Positions 1-9,268 are shown, counted from the first letter of the stretch. The stretch: DNA of 64,000 nt from Planctomycetaceae bacterium (GCA_027490145.1 JAIXYQ010000013.1:79433-143432); one strand, 5' to 3'. Numbers and translations are program-made. Notes: generated by a model from the sequence alone, not told the origin.

Positions 1-1756
1 GGGGGTTGTTCAGCCACACGTCGCTGCCGGCGGTCAGCATGCGGCCGACCTCCATGTCGTACTCCTCGATGAGCGCGACCTTGCCGCGGAAGCCGTCCTC
101 CTTGCACATCTCGTGGATGCGCTGCGCGTACTCCTGGCCGGGCACGTCGCGCGGGTGGGCCTTGCCGGCGAAGACCAACTGCACCGGGCGGCGCGGATCG
201 TTCAGCAGGGCCTTCAGGCGGGCGGGGTCGTGGAAGACCAGCGGCGCGCGCTTGTACGTGGCGAAGCGTCGTGCGAAGCCGATCGTGAGCGTGTCGGGAC
301 AGAAGGCCTGCATCGCGGCGTTCACGCCCGCGGAACCTTCGCCGCGGCGCATCGCCTGGCGGGCGAGACGCTCGCGGATGAAGTGCACCAGGCGCGCGCG
401 CAGACGTGAGCGCAGGGCCCAGAAGCGGGAGCGATCGACGCCCACGGCCTTCTCCCAGCCATCCATCGTCGGCGTGTGGCGGTCCAGGCGCAGGTTGATC
501 TCCTTGCGCCAGAAGGCTTCCGCATCGGGATCGATCCAGGTGCGTGCGTGCACGCCGTTGGTGATGCTGCCGATGGGGACGTCCTTGCTGGCACAGCCGT
601 AGACATGGGTCCACATGTCGCGGCTGACCTCACCGTGCAGCTGGCTCACGCCGTTGATGCGCGAGGCGAACCGCAGGCAGATCGCGGTCATGCAGATCGG
701 CTCGCGGAAGTCATCGGGCCGCTCGCGGCCGAGCGCCGCGAACTCGTCCTCGTCGATGCGCGCCTGGCGCAGCACGGGCTTCAGGGCCTCGTAGGCTTCC
801 TCGACGCCGTAGCGGTCGTGGCCCGCGGGCACCGGCGTGTGGGTGGTGAAGACGGTCGTCGCCTTGACGTGCGCCTTCGCGTCCGCCGGCTTCATGCCGT
901 CCTTCACGAGTTGCGCGATGCGCTGGAACGCGACGAACGCCGCATGGCCCTCGTTCAGGTGGTAGGCGGTGATGGGCTCGTCCAGGTGCTGCAGCGCGAT
1001 GCAGCCGCCCACGCCGAGCAGCACCTGCTGGCGCAGGCGAAGCGACGGTTCGCCGCGATAGAGGCCACGCGTGAGCTCGCGGTCCTCGGCGCTGTTGCCC
1101 TTCACGTCGCTGTCGAGCAGGTACACCGTCGTGCGGCCGACCTTCATCGACCAGACCTTGGCCCTGACGCGGCTCGAGCCGACCGGGCACACGATGACCT
1201 CGCCGGTGTCTTCGACGGGCAGCCGGTCGAAGTCGTACTCGGGGTACCAGACGCGCGTGGAGCCGTCCTCGTTGAGTTCCTGCAGGTAATAGCCCTGGCG
1301 GTAGAGCAGGCCGACTGCGCACAGGCTGATGCCCAGGTCGCTGGCGCTCTTGAGGTGATCGCCCGCGAGCACGCCCAGGCCGCCGGCGTACTGCTGCATG
1401 CTCTCGTGCACCGCGTACTCGCTGCAGAAGTAGGCCACGCGCAGCGACTTGAGGTCGCCCTTCGCGCCGCGGCCCCACCACGTTGCCGCATCGTGATACG
1501 CCTCGAGCGACTTGCCGGCCTTGGCCAGGGCGTCGAGGAAGCGGTCGTCCTGCGCGCAGAGCGCGATGCGTTCATCGGTGACGGCGTCGAGCACCTGCAG
1601 CGGCGACTGCTTGGTGGCGCGCCACAGGACCGGATCGAGCATCTCGAAGCGGATGCGGCCCTCAGGGTTCCAGGTCCACCACAGGTCACGGGACAGCTCG
1701 CGCAGTTGGGTGCGGATGGTCCCGACGATGTCAGACTGTTCGGCCACGCGTGCCAT
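1..1756 (-). CDS. glgP: alpha-glucan (glycogen/maltodextrin) phosphorylase, GT35 family; 3' end runs off the window
   Basis: Absent from the ORF track because there is no in-window stop. Hand reverse-translation from the ATG at 1756 gives MARVAEQSDIVGTIRTQLRELSRDLWWTWNPE...AYFCSEYAVHESMQQYAGGLGVLAGDHLKSASDLG..GLLYRQGYY...GSDVWLNNP at the window edge, which are hallmark alpha-glucan phosphorylase motifs. A GGAG lies 4 nt upstream of the ATG. Confidence 0.85.
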   Translation of the reverse strand, partial: MARVAEQSDIVGTIRTQLRELSRDLWWTWNPEGRIRFEMLDPVLWRATKQSPLQVLDAVTDERIALCAQDDRFLDALAKAGKSLEAYHDAATWWGRGAKGDLKSLRVAYFCSEYAVHESMQQYAGGLGVLAGDHLKSASDLGISLCAVGLLYRQGYYLQELNEDGSTRVWYPEYDFDRLPVEDTGEVIVCPVGSSRVRAKVWSMKVGRTTVYLLDSDVKGNSAEDRELTRGLYRGEPSLRLRQQVLLGVGGCIALQHLDEPITAYHLNEGHAAFVAFQRIAQLVKDGMKPADAKAHVKATTVFTTHTPVPAGHDRYGVEEAYEALKPVLRQARIDEDEFAALGRERPDDFREPICMTAICLRFASRINGVSQLHGEVSRDMWTHVYGCASKDVPIGSITNGVHARTWIDPDAEAFWRKEINLRLDRHTPTMDGWEKAVGVDRSRFWALRSRLRARLVHFIRERLARQAMRRGEGSAGVNAAMQAFCPDTLTIGFARRFATYKRAPLVFHDPARLKALLNDPRRPVQLVFAGKAHPRDVPGQEYAQRIHEMCKEDGFRGKVALIEEYDMEVGRMLTAGSDVWLNNP

Positions 1757-1823
1757 GGGGGCTCCTTGAAGGGTCGGGGATGATAGATCTCGCTACAGTG
1801 CGTGCACCCTCACGGAGAACCTC

Positions 1824-2585
1824 ATGCACCACGCCATCGCCTGCTCGTGCCTCGTCGCTGGACTCGCCGCTGCCACCGTCTCGCAGGACGGGTTCAAGTA
1901 CAAGGTCCACGACATGGAGCGGCCCCAGCCCGCGGCGGTGGCGCCGGGCACCCTGCAGGGTTCGACGGCGCCGAGCGACGCGGTGGCCCTCTTCGACGGC
2001 AAGTCGTCCGATAAGTGGACCAGTGGTGGCAAGCCCTGCGCCTGGACGATCGAAAACGGCGAACTGGTCGTGAAGGCCGGGACCGGCGACATCTCGACCA
2101 AGGACTCGTTCGGTGACTGCCAACTTCACCTGGAGTTCATGGTGCCGGCGGGTCGCGAGTGCAAGGGGCAGGGCGGCTGCAACAGCGGCGTCTTCTTCAT
2201 GAACCAGTACGAAGTCCAGATCCTGAACTCGCACAACAACGTGACCTATGCCGACGGCATGGCCGGCTCCTGCTACGGGCAGCACCCGCCGATGGTCAAT
2301 GCGTGCCGCCCGCAGGGCGAGTGGAACGTCTACGACATCGTCTTCCGCGCGCCGCGCTTTGACAAGGACGGCAAGCTTGAGACGCCGGCCTACGTCACGC
2401 TGATGATGAACGGCGTGCTCGTGCAGGATCACGTGGCGCTGCTCGGCTCGACGGCCCATGCCGCGCGCGCGAAGTACAGCGCCCACGCCGCGGAGCTGCC
2501 GATCCGCCTGCAGGACCACGGTGATCCGCTGCGCTTCCGCAACATCTGGTTGCGCAAGCTGCCCGCGCCCCAGAAGGCCGAGTGA
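1824..2585 (+). CDS. secreted DUF1080 (3-keto-disaccharide hydrolase-like) domain protein
   Basis: 253-aa ORF with an N-terminal hydrophobic signal. Family-typical ending IRLQDHGDPLRFRNIWLRKL, plus WTIENGELV and the SGVFF core. ACGGAGAA SD upstream. Confidence 0.8.
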   Translation: MHHAIACSCLVAGLAAATVSQDGFKYKVHDMERPQPAAVAPGTLQGSTAPSDAVALFDGKSSDKWTSGGKPCAWTIENGELVVKAGTGDISTKDSFGDCQLHLEFMVPAGRECKGQGGCNSGVFFMNQYEVQILNSHNNVTYADGMAGSCYGQHPPMVNACRPQGEWNVYDIVFRAPRFDKDGKLETPAYVTLMMNGVLVQDHVALLGSTAHAARAKYSAHAAELPIRLQDHGDPLRFRNIWLRKLPAPQKAE

Positions 2586-2641
2586 TCGTGGGGCCGCGCA
2601 GCCCCGGCGCGTCCGAGCAGGACGGCGCGTAGCCGCCGCAC

Positions 2642-3286
2642 ATGCAGCTCGATCCTGCCACGCTTGATGCCGAGCGGGCCTACAAGCTCCTGATCGGTGC
2701 CATCATGCCGCGGCCGATCGCGGTCGTGGGCACGCGTTCGCCGGACGGCGCCAGCGTGAACCTAGCGCCGTTTTCGTTCTTCTGCGGTGTCGGCAGCAAT
2801 CCGGTGACGCTCTGCTTCTGCCCGGCCAGCGACGAGGCCGGCGGTGAGAAGGACACCCTGCGCAATGCGAAACCGGTTGCCGAGGGCGGCAGCGGCGAGT
2901 TCACCGTGAGCGTTGCGCCGCACCGGATCATCCGGCAGGTGGTGGCGGCCGCCGAGGGGCTTGGCTACGGCGAGAGCGAGTTCGCGCTCGCGGGGCTGAC
3001 GCCCATCGATGGCGTGCAGGTGCGTGCGCCGCGCGTGGCCGAGAGTCCGGTGGCGTTCGAGTGCCGCACGATGCAGGTCATCCGCACGAATCCCGGCGCG
3101 CCGAGCGGGGGGAACCTGGTGCTTGGCCGCGTGGTGATGATCCACGTCGACGACGCCGTGATCGATGCGCGCGGGCGGATCGATCCGGCGCAGCTTGACC
3201 TGGTCGGCCGCATGGCGGGGCTGGGCTACTGCACCACGCGTGACCGCTTCGACCTGCCGTGGGGACGCGCTGCGCTGGAGCGGTGA
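2642..3286 (+). CDS. flavin reductase-like FMN-binding (split-barrel) protein
   Basis: 214-aa ORF with PRPIAVVGT..NLAPFSFF..ESPVAFECR, typical of the flavin reductase domain family. Confidence 0.7.
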   Translation: MQLDPATLDAERAYKLLIGAIMPRPIAVVGTRSPDGASVNLAPFSFFCGVGSNPVTLCFCPASDEAGGEKDTLRNAKPVAEGGSGEFTVSVAPHRIIRQVVAAAEGLGYGESEFALAGLTPIDGVQVRAPRVAESPVAFECRTMQVIRTNPGAPSGGNLVLGRVVMIHVDDAVIDARGRIDPAQLDLVGRMAGLGYCTTRDRFDLPWGRAALER

Positions 3287-3396
3287 GGGCTGGCGGTGGC
3301 CCCGGTCCCCGGCGGTGTGGTCGGGGTCTGGTGGCCCTGGATCGCTCGAAACGAATCGTCTGAGCCCCGGGGAATGTGAAGACACCAAAAACGGGC

Positions 3397-3424
3397 TTGC
3401 AGTTGATTTTCTCAGGGTTAGGCT
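3397..3424 (+). promoter_or_regulatory. candidate promoter: TTGCAG - 16 nt - TAGGCT, with the -10 box 7 nt before the ATG at 3432
   Basis: Hexamers read directly in the locally AT-richer stretch 3380-3425. Confidence 0.4.
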
Positions 3425-3431
3425 TCCCCAC

Positions 3432-4526
3432 ATGCCCACGGACCACCATGAAGCGTGCTTCGTTCCGATGTCGGTGCTTGCGCTCAGCGTGGCGGCCCTG
3501 CTTGGGTCCAATGTCGCTGGTCAGTGCCCCGGGGATGCCACGGGCAACGGCAGCGTCGACGGGCAGGATCTTGGCACCGTGCTCGCCGCGTGGGGCAGCG
3601 ACGGATCCGAAGCTCCCGGTTCGGATGTGAACTCGGACGGCATCGTCAACGGCGCCGATCTGGCGATCGTGCTCGGAGCGTTCGGTCCATGCATCACGGT
3701 GCCGAGTTGGGCCACGCTGATCGAAGCGCAGCCTGATCCGTCGGTGGTGCTTGATGCGGACCTGCGCGCCGCGATCGCGGGCACGGGCCTGGCCTGGCGG
3801 GTTCGTGACACCGCGACGCAGATCGAGATGCTCTTGGTGCCTCCGGGCGCGTTCCAGATGGGATGCAGCGCCTCCGACCAGTTCGCCTGCGCCAGCGCCG
3901 AGGGGCCCGTCCACCCGGTGACCCTGACGGGCGCCTTCTACCTCGGCCGGTACGAGGTCACGCAGCTGCAGTGGCAGGCCAGCATGGGCAGCAACCCCAG
4001 CGGTTTCCAGAGTGCGACCGCGCAGGTTCCCGAGTCCCAGATCCCGAGCCGTCCGGTGGAACAGGTCAGCTGGGACATGATCATGGGGCCAGCGGGCTTC
4101 GCAGCGGTCACGGGCATGCGGCTGCCCACCGAAGCAGAGTGGGAGTACGCCTACCGCGCGGGTACGACGACGGCCTTCCATGGATATCCAGGACTGCCGA
4201 ACGGCACGAACGATGATGCGCTCCTGGTGAACATCGCGGAGTTCGTCGGTCAGACGCTTCCGGTCGGCCGCAAGGCCGGCAATGGACTCGGCCTGCACGA
4301 CATGAGCGGCAACGTGCGTGAGTGGGTCAACGACGGGTACTCGAGCACCTACTACGCCACGAGCCCGGTTGCGGACCCAACCGGACCGGCGACCGCAGCC
4401 AGTCGCGTGACGCGCGGTGCGGGCTGGAACCTCTTTTCCTACCACGCCAGGGCCTCGTATCGCACCGCTGCGCCGCCGAGCGCCGCCTATGACAGCGTCG
4501 GGTTCCGGGCCGCGCGGAATCCCTGA
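3432..4526 (+). CDS. secreted FGE-sulfatase (SUMF1/formylglycine-generating enzyme family) domain protein with N-terminal dockerin-like repeats
   Basis: ORF 3165..4526 trimmed to the ATG at 3432, which has TAGGCT 7 nt upstream; the ATG at 3468 is an alternative. Motifs GRYEVTQLQW, RLPTEAEWEYAYRAG, HDMSGNVREWVND and VTRGAGW match the FGE-sulfatase fold. The N-terminus has GDATGNGSVDGQDLGTVLAAWG and DVNSDGIVNGADLAIVLGAFG. Confidence 0.75.
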   Translation: MPTDHHEACFVPMSVLALSVAALLGSNVAGQCPGDATGNGSVDGQDLGTVLAAWGSDGSEAPGSDVNSDGIVNGADLAIVLGAFGPCITVPSWATLIEAQPDPSVVLDADLRAAIAGTGLAWRVRDTATQIEMLLVPPGAFQMGCSASDQFACASAEGPVHPVTLTGAFYLGRYEVTQLQWQASMGSNPSGFQSATAQVPESQIPSRPVEQVSWDMIMGPAGFAAVTGMRLPTEAEWEYAYRAGTTTAFHGYPGLPNGTNDDALLVNIAEFVGQTLPVGRKAGNGLGLHDMSGNVREWVNDGYSSTYYATSPVADPTGPATAASRVTRGAGWNLFSYHARASYRTAAPPSAAYDSVGFRAARNP

Positions 4527-4545
4527 CCGCTTTCCTTGTGCGGGG

Positions 4546-4551
4546 TATCGT
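4546..4551 (+). promoter_or_regulatory. -10-like TATCGT, 7 nt upstream of the ATG at 4559
   Basis: Part of the recurrent TAnnnT-N6-8-start pattern; CTGACC lies 17 nt upstream. Confidence 0.35.
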
Positions 4552-4558
4552 CCCCCGC

Positions 4559-5266
4559 ATGAAGACCTCCCTGCTTGCGACCCTCGTGCTGGCCGGCCTT
4601 GCCGGCGGCGTGGCGATGACCGCTTCCGATGACGCCGCCAAGCAGGCCGCCAAGCAGGCCGCCAAGCCTGCCGCGCAGGGCGAGTGGATCGAGCTCTTCA
4701 ACGGCAAGGACACCACGGGATGGACGGCCTTCGTGCCCGACCTGAAGGGCAAGGACCAGATGGTGGTGTGGTCGGTCGTCGATGGCTGCCTGAAGTGCGC
4801 GGGCAACCCGATCGGCTACATCCGCACCACCGAGCAGTACGACAACTTCGAGCTCGAGCTCGATTGGCGCTTCGACCCCAAGAAGGGTGCGGGCAACAGC
4901 GGCGTGCTGCTGCGCACGACCGGCGACGACAAGGTCTGGCCCAACAGCATGGAAGCACAGCTGCACAGCGAGAACGCCGGCGACATCTGGAACATCGGCG
5001 ACTTCCCGATGAAGGTCGCGGCGGACCGCACCAACGGCCGCCACACCCGCAAGGAGCACGCCACCAACGAGAAGCCGCTGGGCGAGTGGAACCACTACCG
5101 CATCCTGGTCGACGGCGGCCGACTGGAACTGTGGGTCAACGGCCTGCTGCAGAACGTGGCCACCGACTGCAAGGTCGTGCCGGGCTGGATCGCCCTGCAG
5201 AGCGAGGGCGCGTTCATCGAGTTCAGGAACATCCGGCTCAGGAAGCTGCCCGGCTCCGCGAAGTGA
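4559..5266 (+). CDS. secreted DUF1080 domain protein (second paralogue)
   Basis: ORF 4538..5266 trimmed to MKTSLLATLVLAGLAGG (signal peptide). WIELFNGKDTTGW and IEFRNIRLRKL are DUF1080 hallmarks. Confidence 0.8.
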   Translation: MKTSLLATLVLAGLAGGVAMTASDDAAKQAAKQAAKPAAQGEWIELFNGKDTTGWTAFVPDLKGKDQMVVWSVVDGCLKCAGNPIGYIRTTEQYDNFELELDWRFDPKKGAGNSGVLLRTTGDDKVWPNSMEAQLHSENAGDIWNIGDFPMKVAADRTNGRHTRKEHATNEKPLGEWNHYRILVDGGRLELWVNGLLQNVATDCKVVPGWIALQSEGAFIEFRNIRLRKLPGSAK

Positions 5267-5282
5267 CGCCGCCCCGCAGCGC

Positions 5283-6425
5283 TCAGCTGTTTCGGCCGGC
5301 GAAGTCGCGCATGAACTGGGCCAGCGCCACGCAGCCCTCGCGGGGGAAGGCGCTGTAGATGCTGGCACGGATACCGCCGGCATCGCGGTGGCCCGTCAGG
5401 CCGTCCATGCCGTGGGCGGCCGCTTCCTTGACGAAGCGCGCATCGAGTTCAGGCGTCGGCAGGCGGAAGCTGACGTTCATGAACGACCGGCACCAGCGTT
5501 CGGCCAGGCCCGTGTAGAAGCCGTTGCTCGAATCGATCGCGTCGTAGAGCAAGCCGCTCTTGTCGATCGCGGCGCGCTCGAGCGCTTCGGGGCCGCCCTG
5601 CGCGGCGATCCAGCGGAACATGAGCCCCATGGCGTGCACGCCGAAGGTCGGCGGCGTGTTCAGGCGGCTCTCGCCCGCGGCGTGGGCGGCGAAGCTCATC
5701 ATGGTGGGCAGCGCGGGGTTCGCGGTCGCGAGGAAGTCCTTCTTCACGAGGACCAGGCTGATCCCCGACGGGCCCAGGTTCTTCTGCCCGCCGCCGTACA
5801 GCATCACATGGCGGTCCCAGTCGACCGGCCGCGCGAAGTACTCGCTGCTCGCATCGCACACCAGCGGGGCGGTGGTGACCGGCGTGGTGGGGTACCGCGT
5901 GCCGAAGACGGTGTTGTTCGAGCAATAGTGCAGGTACGCGGCGTTGGGCGTCTGGCTCATCTCGCCATCCTTGGGCACGCGCGTGTACTTCAGGCGCGAG
6001 CCCTCGAACGCCACATGGATGTGCGCACCGAGCATGGCCGCAGCCTTGCGCCCCTCGCTGATGGCCTTGGTCGTCCAGATGCCGGTGTCCGGGTAGTCGG
6101 CCGTGCGGCCGGCCGGCAGGAAGTTGAAGGGCAGGTAGGCCTGCTGCACGGTGGCGCCGCCGGGCATCAGGATGACCTCCCAGTCGGCGGGCACGCGGCC
6201 GGCCTTGCGGCACCACTCATGCGCTTCCGCATTGATGGCGTCGTAGACCGCACCGCGGTGCGAGTGCTCCATGATCCCGATGCCGCTGCCGCGCAGGTCC
6301 CAGAGGTCCTCCTGCAGCTGGCGCAGCACGGGTTCGGGCATGCCGGCGGGGCCGGCGCTGAAGTTGTAGACGCGACCACTCGGGGTGGGGCGGGTGCAGC
6401 TGGTCATGGCAGGGGCGGCGGTCAT
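5283..6425 (-). CDS. serC: phosphoserine aminotransferase
   Basis: ORF 5283..6476 trimmed to the ATG at 6425, which forms an ATGA overlap with the serA stop. YNFSAGPAGMPEPVL and GGGQKNLGPSG (PLP-lysine motif). Confidence 0.9.
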   Translation of the reverse strand: MTAAPAMTSCTRPTPSGRVYNFSAGPAGMPEPVLRQLQEDLWDLRGSGIGIMEHSHRGAVYDAINAEAHEWCRKAGRVPADWEVILMPGGATVQQAYLPFNFLPAGRTADYPDTGIWTTKAISEGRKAAAMLGAHIHVAFEGSRLKYTRVPKDGEMSQTPNAAYLHYCSNNTVFGTRYPTTPVTTAPLVCDASSEYFARPVDWDRHVMLYGGGQKNLGPSGISLVLVKKDFLATANPALPTMMSFAAHAAGESRLNTPPTFGVHAMGLMFRWIAAQGGPEALERAAIDKSGLLYDAIDSSNGFYTGLAERWCRSFMNVSFRLPTPELDARFVKEAAAHGMDGLTGHRDAGGIRASIYSAFPREGCVALAQFMRDFAGRNS

Positions 6426-7687
6426 GGCGTGTGTCCTCGCAGGGTGTTGACGTTCACGGCCAGCACGGCGTTGCACGCACGCAGCGCGGCCAGGTCCTCG
6501 GCGCTCGGGCGCCGCGAGAGCTGCATGCGCGCGACTGCGGCATGACCGCCCTCATAGATGATGTTGTCCATCTCCTCGACGTTGATCTTGGCGTTGCCCA
6601 GCACGCTGAAGACCTGCGCGAAGACGCCCGGCACGTTCAGGTGCCGCACGCAGAGCACCGTGCTGGCGCCCGTCGACTGCGCGATGTTGACGCAGCCGGG
6701 CATGTCGAAATCGTTGATCCACGCGGACACGATGCGGACGACCTCGTCGCCGATCGCGCCCATGGCCTGTTCCGTGCAGGCGGCGATGCCGTGCGTGCCG
6801 ATCACGCCCGGTTCACGGCCGAGCGGGCCCGCGAAGGTCCCCTCGGCTGCATCGGGAGCATCGTCCCAGGAGTCGCTGGCCACGCGGAGCCCCTTCGAAC
6901 GCACGGCGCGCAACAGGGCGGCTTCGTCGAGGGCGCCCACGCGCGAGGTGTTCACCAGGATCGCTCCGGGGCGCATGGCGGCGAAGAACTTCTCACCGAC
7001 CATGTCGGCGGTCTCGGCGCTCTGCGGGACGTTCACGCTCACGACATCGCTGAGCTTGGCCAGGTTGACCAGGTTCGCGCACAGGTCGATGCCGAGCGCA
7101 TCGCAGCGCGCTTCGGTGATGTGGCGGCTCCAGGCGATCACGTGCATGCCGAAGGCGAGGCCTCGGCGTGCGACTTCCTGGCCGACGGGGCCCAGGCCGA
7201 TGATGCCGAGCGTGCGGCCCGCCAGGCCCGACGCCGTGGCGTAGTGCCCGTGGCGCCAGTGGCCGGCGTGCAAGTCAGCGGTCTGCGCGGGGATCTGGCG
7301 GTCCGCGGCAAGGATCAGTCCCCACGTCAGTTCAGCGGCGGCGATGGCTCCGCGCGCAGGACAATGCGCCACGAGCACCCCGTGCCGGTTGGCGGCCTCG
7401 ACATCGATCGTCTCGGTGCCCGCACCGCTGCGGACGACAAGCCCGAGCGTGGGGCAGGCGGTGAAGACGGCCGCGGGCACATGCGTTTCGCGCACCACCA
7501 GCACATCCGGTGTGAGATCGGCACAGGCCTGTGCCAGGCCGTCCGCATCGAGGTGCGGGTTGTGGATCACGTCACAGCCCAGATGGCGCAGGGCCTCGGC
7601 GCCGGTCGGTGCGAAGGCATCGACCACGAGCACGCGGGCCGTGCGTTCATCGACGGACGGGGAATGCGGTTGGGGCTTGGAACCCAT
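6422..7687 (-). CDS. serA: D-3-phosphoglycerate dehydrogenase with C-terminal ACT domain
   Basis: 421-aa ORF with the GIIGLGPVG Rossmann motif, a 2-hydroxyacid dehydrogenase core, a C-terminal ACT-like segment, and a position upstream of serC. Confidence 0.85.
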   Translation of the reverse strand: MGSKPQPHSPSVDERTARVLVVDAFAPTGAEALRHLGCDVIHNPHLDADGLAQACADLTPDVLVVRETHVPAAVFTACPTLGLVVRSGAGTETIDVEAANRHGVLVAHCPARGAIAAAELTWGLILAADRQIPAQTADLHAGHWRHGHYATASGLAGRTLGIIGLGPVGQEVARRGLAFGMHVIAWSRHITEARCDALGIDLCANLVNLAKLSDVVSVNVPQSAETADMVGEKFFAAMRPGAILVNTSRVGALDEAALLRAVRSKGLRVASDSWDDAPDAAEGTFAGPLGREPGVIGTHGIAACTEQAMGAIGDEVVRIVSAWINDFDMPGCVNIAQSTGASTVLCVRHLNVPGVFAQVFSVLGNAKINVEEMDNIIYEGGHAAVARMQLSRRPSAEDLAALRACNAVLAVNVNTLRGHTP

Positions 7688-7693
7688 GCTCGA

Positions 7694-7699
7694 AGTGTA
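7694..7699 (-). promoter_or_regulatory. -10-like TACACT, exactly 6 nt upstream of the serA ATG
   Basis: Minus strand reads TACACT tcgagc ATG, with no SD in the gap. Confidence 0.4.
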
Positions 7700-7720
7700 G
7701 CCGTGGGAGGGGGTCGCCCC

Positions 7721-8437
7721 TCAATCGTCAACGTCGCGCTCGAGACCGATGATGCCGCTGCGCAGCCGAAGGTGCGCGCCGGCGCCCGGGCCCCATTCAT
7801 CGGCTCCGAAGACGCAGGCAAGCACGGGCTCGTGGTGCGCGCCGGCGTGGGCCGTGCGGGCGAGGCGGTACGCGAGTGGTGCGAGGTACTCCACGTATGG
7901 CATGGGTTGCCGCAAGGACCACACGCTGTGGGTGAGCGCCGTGTCCTTCTCGAGGAAGTGGTAGAGCGGGCGCTCGTTCAGGTCCAGCAGGAGCTTCGGC
8001 ACCATGGGCGCCCAGGTCTCGATCACCAGTCGGGTGAGTTCCAGCGTGGCACCGATGCGGGCAGGGTGGGCGCTCCGTCGTTCTCCCGCGGGGTCCTCGG
8101 GCGCCGGGCCCGTGGGCAAGGCATCGTCCAACCGACCGATGATGCCGGTCGCCCTGAGTCCGTGGCCCGACACGCGATAGGCATAGAGCCAAGGCTCGGT
8201 CTCACGGATCATCGATCCGCCTTCGATGAGGCTCACCAAGTGCGACGCGGGGCTCGGCCGGATGCCGTCGAAGGCGCCCACCACGTCGGCATGGCGCAGC
8301 ACGCCGACGATCGAGCGTGCCTTGGACTGCGCCAACTCGAGCGCGGCGGCGGGCGACAGCAGGTCAGCCGGCGGGCATGAGACCGCCGTGACATGGTGCT
8401 GCGAGGCCCGAAGGGCGGTGAAGGGCGCCAGGCGCAT
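7721..8437 (-). CDS. short, divergent DUF1015-like protein
   Basis: ORF 7721..8791 trimmed to MRLAPFTALRAS.. (ATG 8437). The N-terminal M-R-x-x-PF-x-A-LR pattern and PWLYAYRV..GIIGRL resemble DUF1015 as I remember that family, but at 238 aa it is much shorter than the roughly 400 aa I recall as typical. Confidence 0.4.
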   Translation of the reverse strand: MRLAPFTALRASQHHVTAVSCPPADLLSPAAALELAQSKARSIVGVLRHADVVGAFDGIRPSPASHLVSLIEGGSMIRETEPWLYAYRVSGHGLRATGIIGRLDDALPTGPAPEDPAGERRSAHPARIGATLELTRLVIETWAPMVPKLLLDLNERPLYHFLEKDTALTHSVWSLRQPMPYVEYLAPLAYRLARTAHAGAHHEPVLACVFGADEWGPGAGAHLRLRSGIIGLERDVDD

Positions 8438-8549
8438 GGGGCGGGGGAAAGGTAGCGCGGCCGAGGGCGGGGGATTCCTGCCGGAATTCTCCAAGGTGCC
8501 GAAAGTCCCTCTCCGGGCCTGCCGAAGCAGGGGTGCCGAAAGGAGCCCG

Positions 8550-9146
8550 ATGATGTTCAAGACGCGACCCGAGGCCCTGGCCCACTCCGTGGCCGGGACC
8601 GTGACCTTCCTGACCGGACTGATCCAAGCCAAGGACCATGGCGTGCGTGGGCACTGCTCGCGCGTGTCGGACTTGGCGAGTTCGCTGGCTCGGCACGTTG
8701 GGCTCGATGACGCTTCGAGCGCCCGCATCCGACTGGCCGGCTTGCTGCACGACGTCGGCAAGGTCGGCGTGAGCGAAGCCGTGCTGAACAAGCAGGGGCC
8801 GCTGAATGACGAGGAATTCGAGCAGATCCGCCGTCACCCCCTGATCGGGCATCGGTTGCTGCAGCGCTTCGACGAGGTGGCGGACGCGCTCGAGGGCGTG
8901 CTGAGCCATCACGAGCGTTGGGATGGCACGGGCTATCCCTTCCAGCGCGCCGGTGACTCGATTCCCGTCGACGGACGCATCCTGGCCATCGTGGACAGCT
9001 TCGACGCCATGACCAGCGACCGCACCTACCGCAAGGCGATGAGCGTGCACGAGGCGCTTCACGAAGTGAAGCGATGTCGAGGCACGCAGTTCGATCCTGA
9101 ACTCGCCGAGGCGTTCATCGACATCCAGCTCGACGCCGCCGCCTGA
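8550..9146 (+). CDS. HD-GYP domain phosphodiesterase (c-di-GMP)
   Basis: ORF 8226..9146 trimmed to the ATG at 8550, which has AGGAG 4 nt upstream. Motifs LLHDVGK, HHERWDGTGYP and DSFDAMTSDRTYR. Confidence 0.85.
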   Translation: MMFKTRPEALAHSVAGTVTFLTGLIQAKDHGVRGHCSRVSDLASSLARHVGLDDASSARIRLAGLLHDVGKVGVSEAVLNKQGPLNDEEFEQIRRHPLIGHRLLQRFDEVADALEGVLSHHERWDGTGYPFQRAGDSIPVDGRILAIVDSFDAMTSDRTYRKAMSVHEALHEVKRCRGTQFDPELAEAFIDIQLDAAA

Positions 9147-9268
9147 TCGAAATCCAAGAAAGGACCTCCACCATGAGCCAGAGTTGTGTTATCTTCCCTT
9201 CGCCGTACAAGGATGTGCGCGTGAGCTCGTCGTGGGATCGACTGGACAGCAGTGCAGGGAGAGCACGA

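Noticed and set aside
476-1783. Long ORFs opposite to, or out of frame with, real genes. Examples: 476..1783 +, 3078..4445 -, 6431..8380 +, 11706..14171 +, 14175..15608 +, 27475..30642 -, 30968..33355 -, 35106..37226 -, 38010..40778 -, 43575..47111 +, 53676..57455 +, 56929..59016 +, 62441..63829 -.
   Set aside because: Their translations are Arg/Ala/Gly/Pro/His-rich with no recognisable motifs. Each fully overlaps a gene with strong family signatures on the other strand or in another frame. Stop-codon scarcity in GC-rich DNA makes such shadow ORFs expected.
3287-3380. GC-rich inverted repeats after the flavin reductase gene (GGTCCCCG…CGGGGTCT; CCCCGGGG) considered as a terminator.
   Set aside because: The stems are short or imperfect and no T-tract follows. 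This is too weak to call.
9173-9268. The ATG at 9173 as the start of the sigma-r4-like ORF, giving a 104-aa version.
   Set aside because: The first 32 codons are rich in A/T-ending codons (agt, tgt, gtt, cct), unlike coding sequence elsewhere in the window. The ATG at 9269 has a GGGAGAG SD. The longer form cannot be fully excluded.
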